A DNA stretch of 45,816 nucleotides from Candidatus Acidiferrales bacterium. Lineage in GTDB: Bacteria; Acidobacteriota; Terriglobia; Acidiferrales; UBA7541. Positions 44,495 to 45,816 of the stretch are shown here, one piece after another (within the stretch, counting starts at the first letter, position 1; each line of letters begins with the position of its first letter). Both the position numbers and the translations under genes were made by a program. The notes beneath the pieces are model-generated. The model was not told the DNA's origin. It was given only the letters and a program-made list of their open reading frames with translations, and searched no databases. The stretch covers positions 1 through 45,816 of the forward strand of contig JASHRL010000231.1 in assembly GCA_030037355.1 (NCBI GenBank). Reading direction: 5' to 3'.

Positions 44495-45394
44495 TTGCGA
44501 AAACTGTCCCTGTGCGTCACCGCACTCCTTCTCGGGTGCATCGTTTTTCTTCCGGCGAATTGCTTCGCGCAAACGCCGAATGCCTCCAGCACCACGATTA
44601 CATCGCTCAACGCGAATGAATCTTCGTCGCTGGTTCCCGCTGCGCCATTTGCGGCGAATGATTTCAGCGTTTACGGCCCTGCGGCGCCGTCTTTGGCCCT
44701 CGCGCCCGCGACGCCATTGACTCCGCCGCCCGATGTGCCGATCCTTTCGCGCATCGGCGTGGGGATAAAAGTTTCCACGCTCGGCGCGGGCATCGAAGCG
44801 GCTTACAAAATCATTCCGCATCTCAATGTTCGCGGCGGCTTCAATGACTTCAGCTACAGCCGCACGATCAACACCAACGGCTTCAGCGCGGATGCCAGCC
44901 TGCTGCTGCGCTCCGTCGAAGCCCATGTGGACTATTTCCTCATCGGGCCGCTGCACATCAGCGGCGGCGCGCTGCTCTACAACAACAATCACGCGACGGG
45001 CAATCTGACCGTCACGGGCGGGAACAGCTTCACGCTGAACAGCAACACCTATTACAGCGACCCAGCTGATCCGGTCAACGGCACGGCGACGCTCGGACTG
45101 AACAAAGCCGCGCCGACGCTGACGTTCGGCCTCGGAAATCTCGTCGGGCGCCACCGCATCAGCGTCAACTTCGAAGCGGGCGTGGCGTTTCAGGGTTCGC
45201 CGACGGTGGGCATGAACCTCGCCGGCCAAGCTTGCACTTCGTCTCCGTGCGTCGACGGCGTGAATTCGTTTCAAGTCGCGACGGACGCTGGCTTTCAGAC
45301 CGACTTGCAAGCGCAGTGGACGAAGTACAGCAACGACCTGACGGCGTTCAAGTTTTACCCGATCATTTCGCTCGGCTTCAGCTTCAAGCTCTAG
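44495..45394 (+). CDS. outer-membrane beta-barrel protein (porin/OmpA-like barrel family)
   Basis: Signal MRKLSLCVTALLLGCIVFLPANCFAQ from TTG 44495 (GGAG SD 8 nt upstream). An alternative TTG lies at 44477. The sequence shows alternating hydrophobic beta-strand patterning and the C-terminal motif ISLGFSFKL. Confidence 0.75.
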   Translation: MRKLSLCVTALLLGCIVFLPANCFAQTPNASSTTITSLNANESSSLVPAAPFAANDFSVYGPAAPSLALAPATPLTPPPDVPILSRIGVGIKVSTLGAGIEAAYKIIPHLNVRGGFNDFSYSRTINTNGFSADASLLLRSVEAHVDYFLIGPLHISGGALLYNNNHATGNLTVTGGNSFTLNSNTYYSDPADPVNGTATLGLNKAAPTLTFGLGNLVGRHRISVNFEAGVAFQGSPTVGMNLAGQACTSSPCVDGVNSFQVATDAGFQTDLQAQWTKYSNDLTAFKFYPIISLGFSFKL

Positions 45395-45415
45395 TTTTTT
45401 TCGAGTCTTTCCCGG

Positions 45416-45455
45416 CCCCATCCTTTGCGGCGTACGCTGAGGATGGGGTTTTTTT
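45416..45455 (+). terminator. rho-independent terminator
   Basis: CCCCATCCT (45416-45424) pairs with AGGATGGGG (45440-45448) across a 15-nt loop, followed by T7 (45449-45455). Begins 22 nt after the barrel-protein stop. Confidence 0.75.
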
Positions 45456-45510
45456 AGCTTGCGGCACCTCTCTCTCCGGCAAAAATACGAGCCTGCGGAA
45501 CATGAAAATT

Positions 45511-45590
45511 TGTCCCGATTAGAAGTGTGCTCCGGTGAATGTTTTCAATCACTTGCGTCTCCGCCATTGGAGTTTTGTGTCCCGATTAGA
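45511..45590 (+). repeat. two direct copies of GTCCCGATTAGAA, 67 nt apart
   Basis: Exact 13-mers at 45511-45523 and 45578-45590. Each is preceded by TTTGT/TTGTGT. Confidence 0.6.
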
Positions 45591-45816
45591 ATTTCCTCTT
45601 TTGCGGCGGAAAATGGGAAGGAAGCGCCGGGAGGATTCTCTTCGGAGCAGGCGCGAGCTTCGGCGGCGGCGACGAGGCGATTGACGACGGGCAGAAGATC
45701 AGCGGCCTGATTGAGGACGGCGACGCGCTGGGCTTCGAGGCCGGGTTTGGGGCCTTGCGTGTGGATGCCGCGGAGCATGGCATTGAGTTCTTTGCGAGCG
45801 GGATCCGAAGGCAAGT
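45545..45816 (-). CDS. possible 3' end of a gene continuing beyond the window (unknown function)
   Basis: The minus-strand frame is open from the window edge to the stop at 45545. The GC-rich part (45620-45816) looks coding. No family recognised. Confidence 0.3.
   Translation of the reverse strand, partial: LPSDPARKELNAMLRGIHTQGPKPGLEAQRVAVLNQAADLLPVVNRLVAAAEARACSEENPPGASFPFSAAKEEILIGTQNSNGGDASD

Noticed and set aside
44465-45421. 318-aa minus-strand ORF
   Set aside because: It is antisense to the beta-barrel gene. The plus-strand product has a signal peptide, beta-strand periodicity, a C-terminal barrel motif and a downstream terminator. The minus-strand product is Arg-rich.

Overview
High-GC bacterial chromosomal segment, about 60% GC by eye. 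The protein repertoire suggests Acidobacteriota, but that is inference only: a Ser/Thr kinase fused to a TolB-like beta-propeller, CarboxypepD_reg-type domains, and many secreted hypothetical proteins. I support about 45 protein genes.

Backbone. The housekeeping genes are the mutS 3' end, anmK, a TrmH-family methyltransferase, rarA, hisC, an RluB-like gene, scpB, scpA, trpS, an acyl-CoA dehydrogenase, a Nudix gene, cspA, polX and ino1. This backbone is interrupted by visibly AT-richer accessory patches at about 15.7-16.5 kb, 17.8-24.8 kb, 27.0-27.7 kb, 37.5-37.9 kb and 42.6-42.8 kb. I recognise no rRNA, tRNA, CRISPR array, transposase or phage gene.

Most interesting observations:
1. A receiver-less LytTR regulator is followed by two translationally coupled paralogous polytopic membrane proteins. 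This is a candidate LytTR regulatory system.
2. Two apparently dead enzymes. One is an RluB-like pseudouridine synthase whose catalytic GRLD Asp is Glu. The other is a trypsin-like protein with His->Gln that is also split by a frameshift.
3. Two cases where an AT-rich gene is bracketed by a duplicated copy of the neighbouring gene's 5' region (the trpS leader, and the ino1 upstream region).
4. A DUF429 RNase-H-like gene wedged directly upstream of polX.
5. Tandem secreted DUF4097-like repeat proteins.
6. A small secreted protein with three CxC dyads, divergent from a MocR regulator.
7. Families of 7-nt periodic arrays and GC-rich nested palindromes in intergenic DNA.

Limits. All family assignments come from motif recognition by eye; no searches were run. 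Many starts use GTG or TTG and are uncertain.
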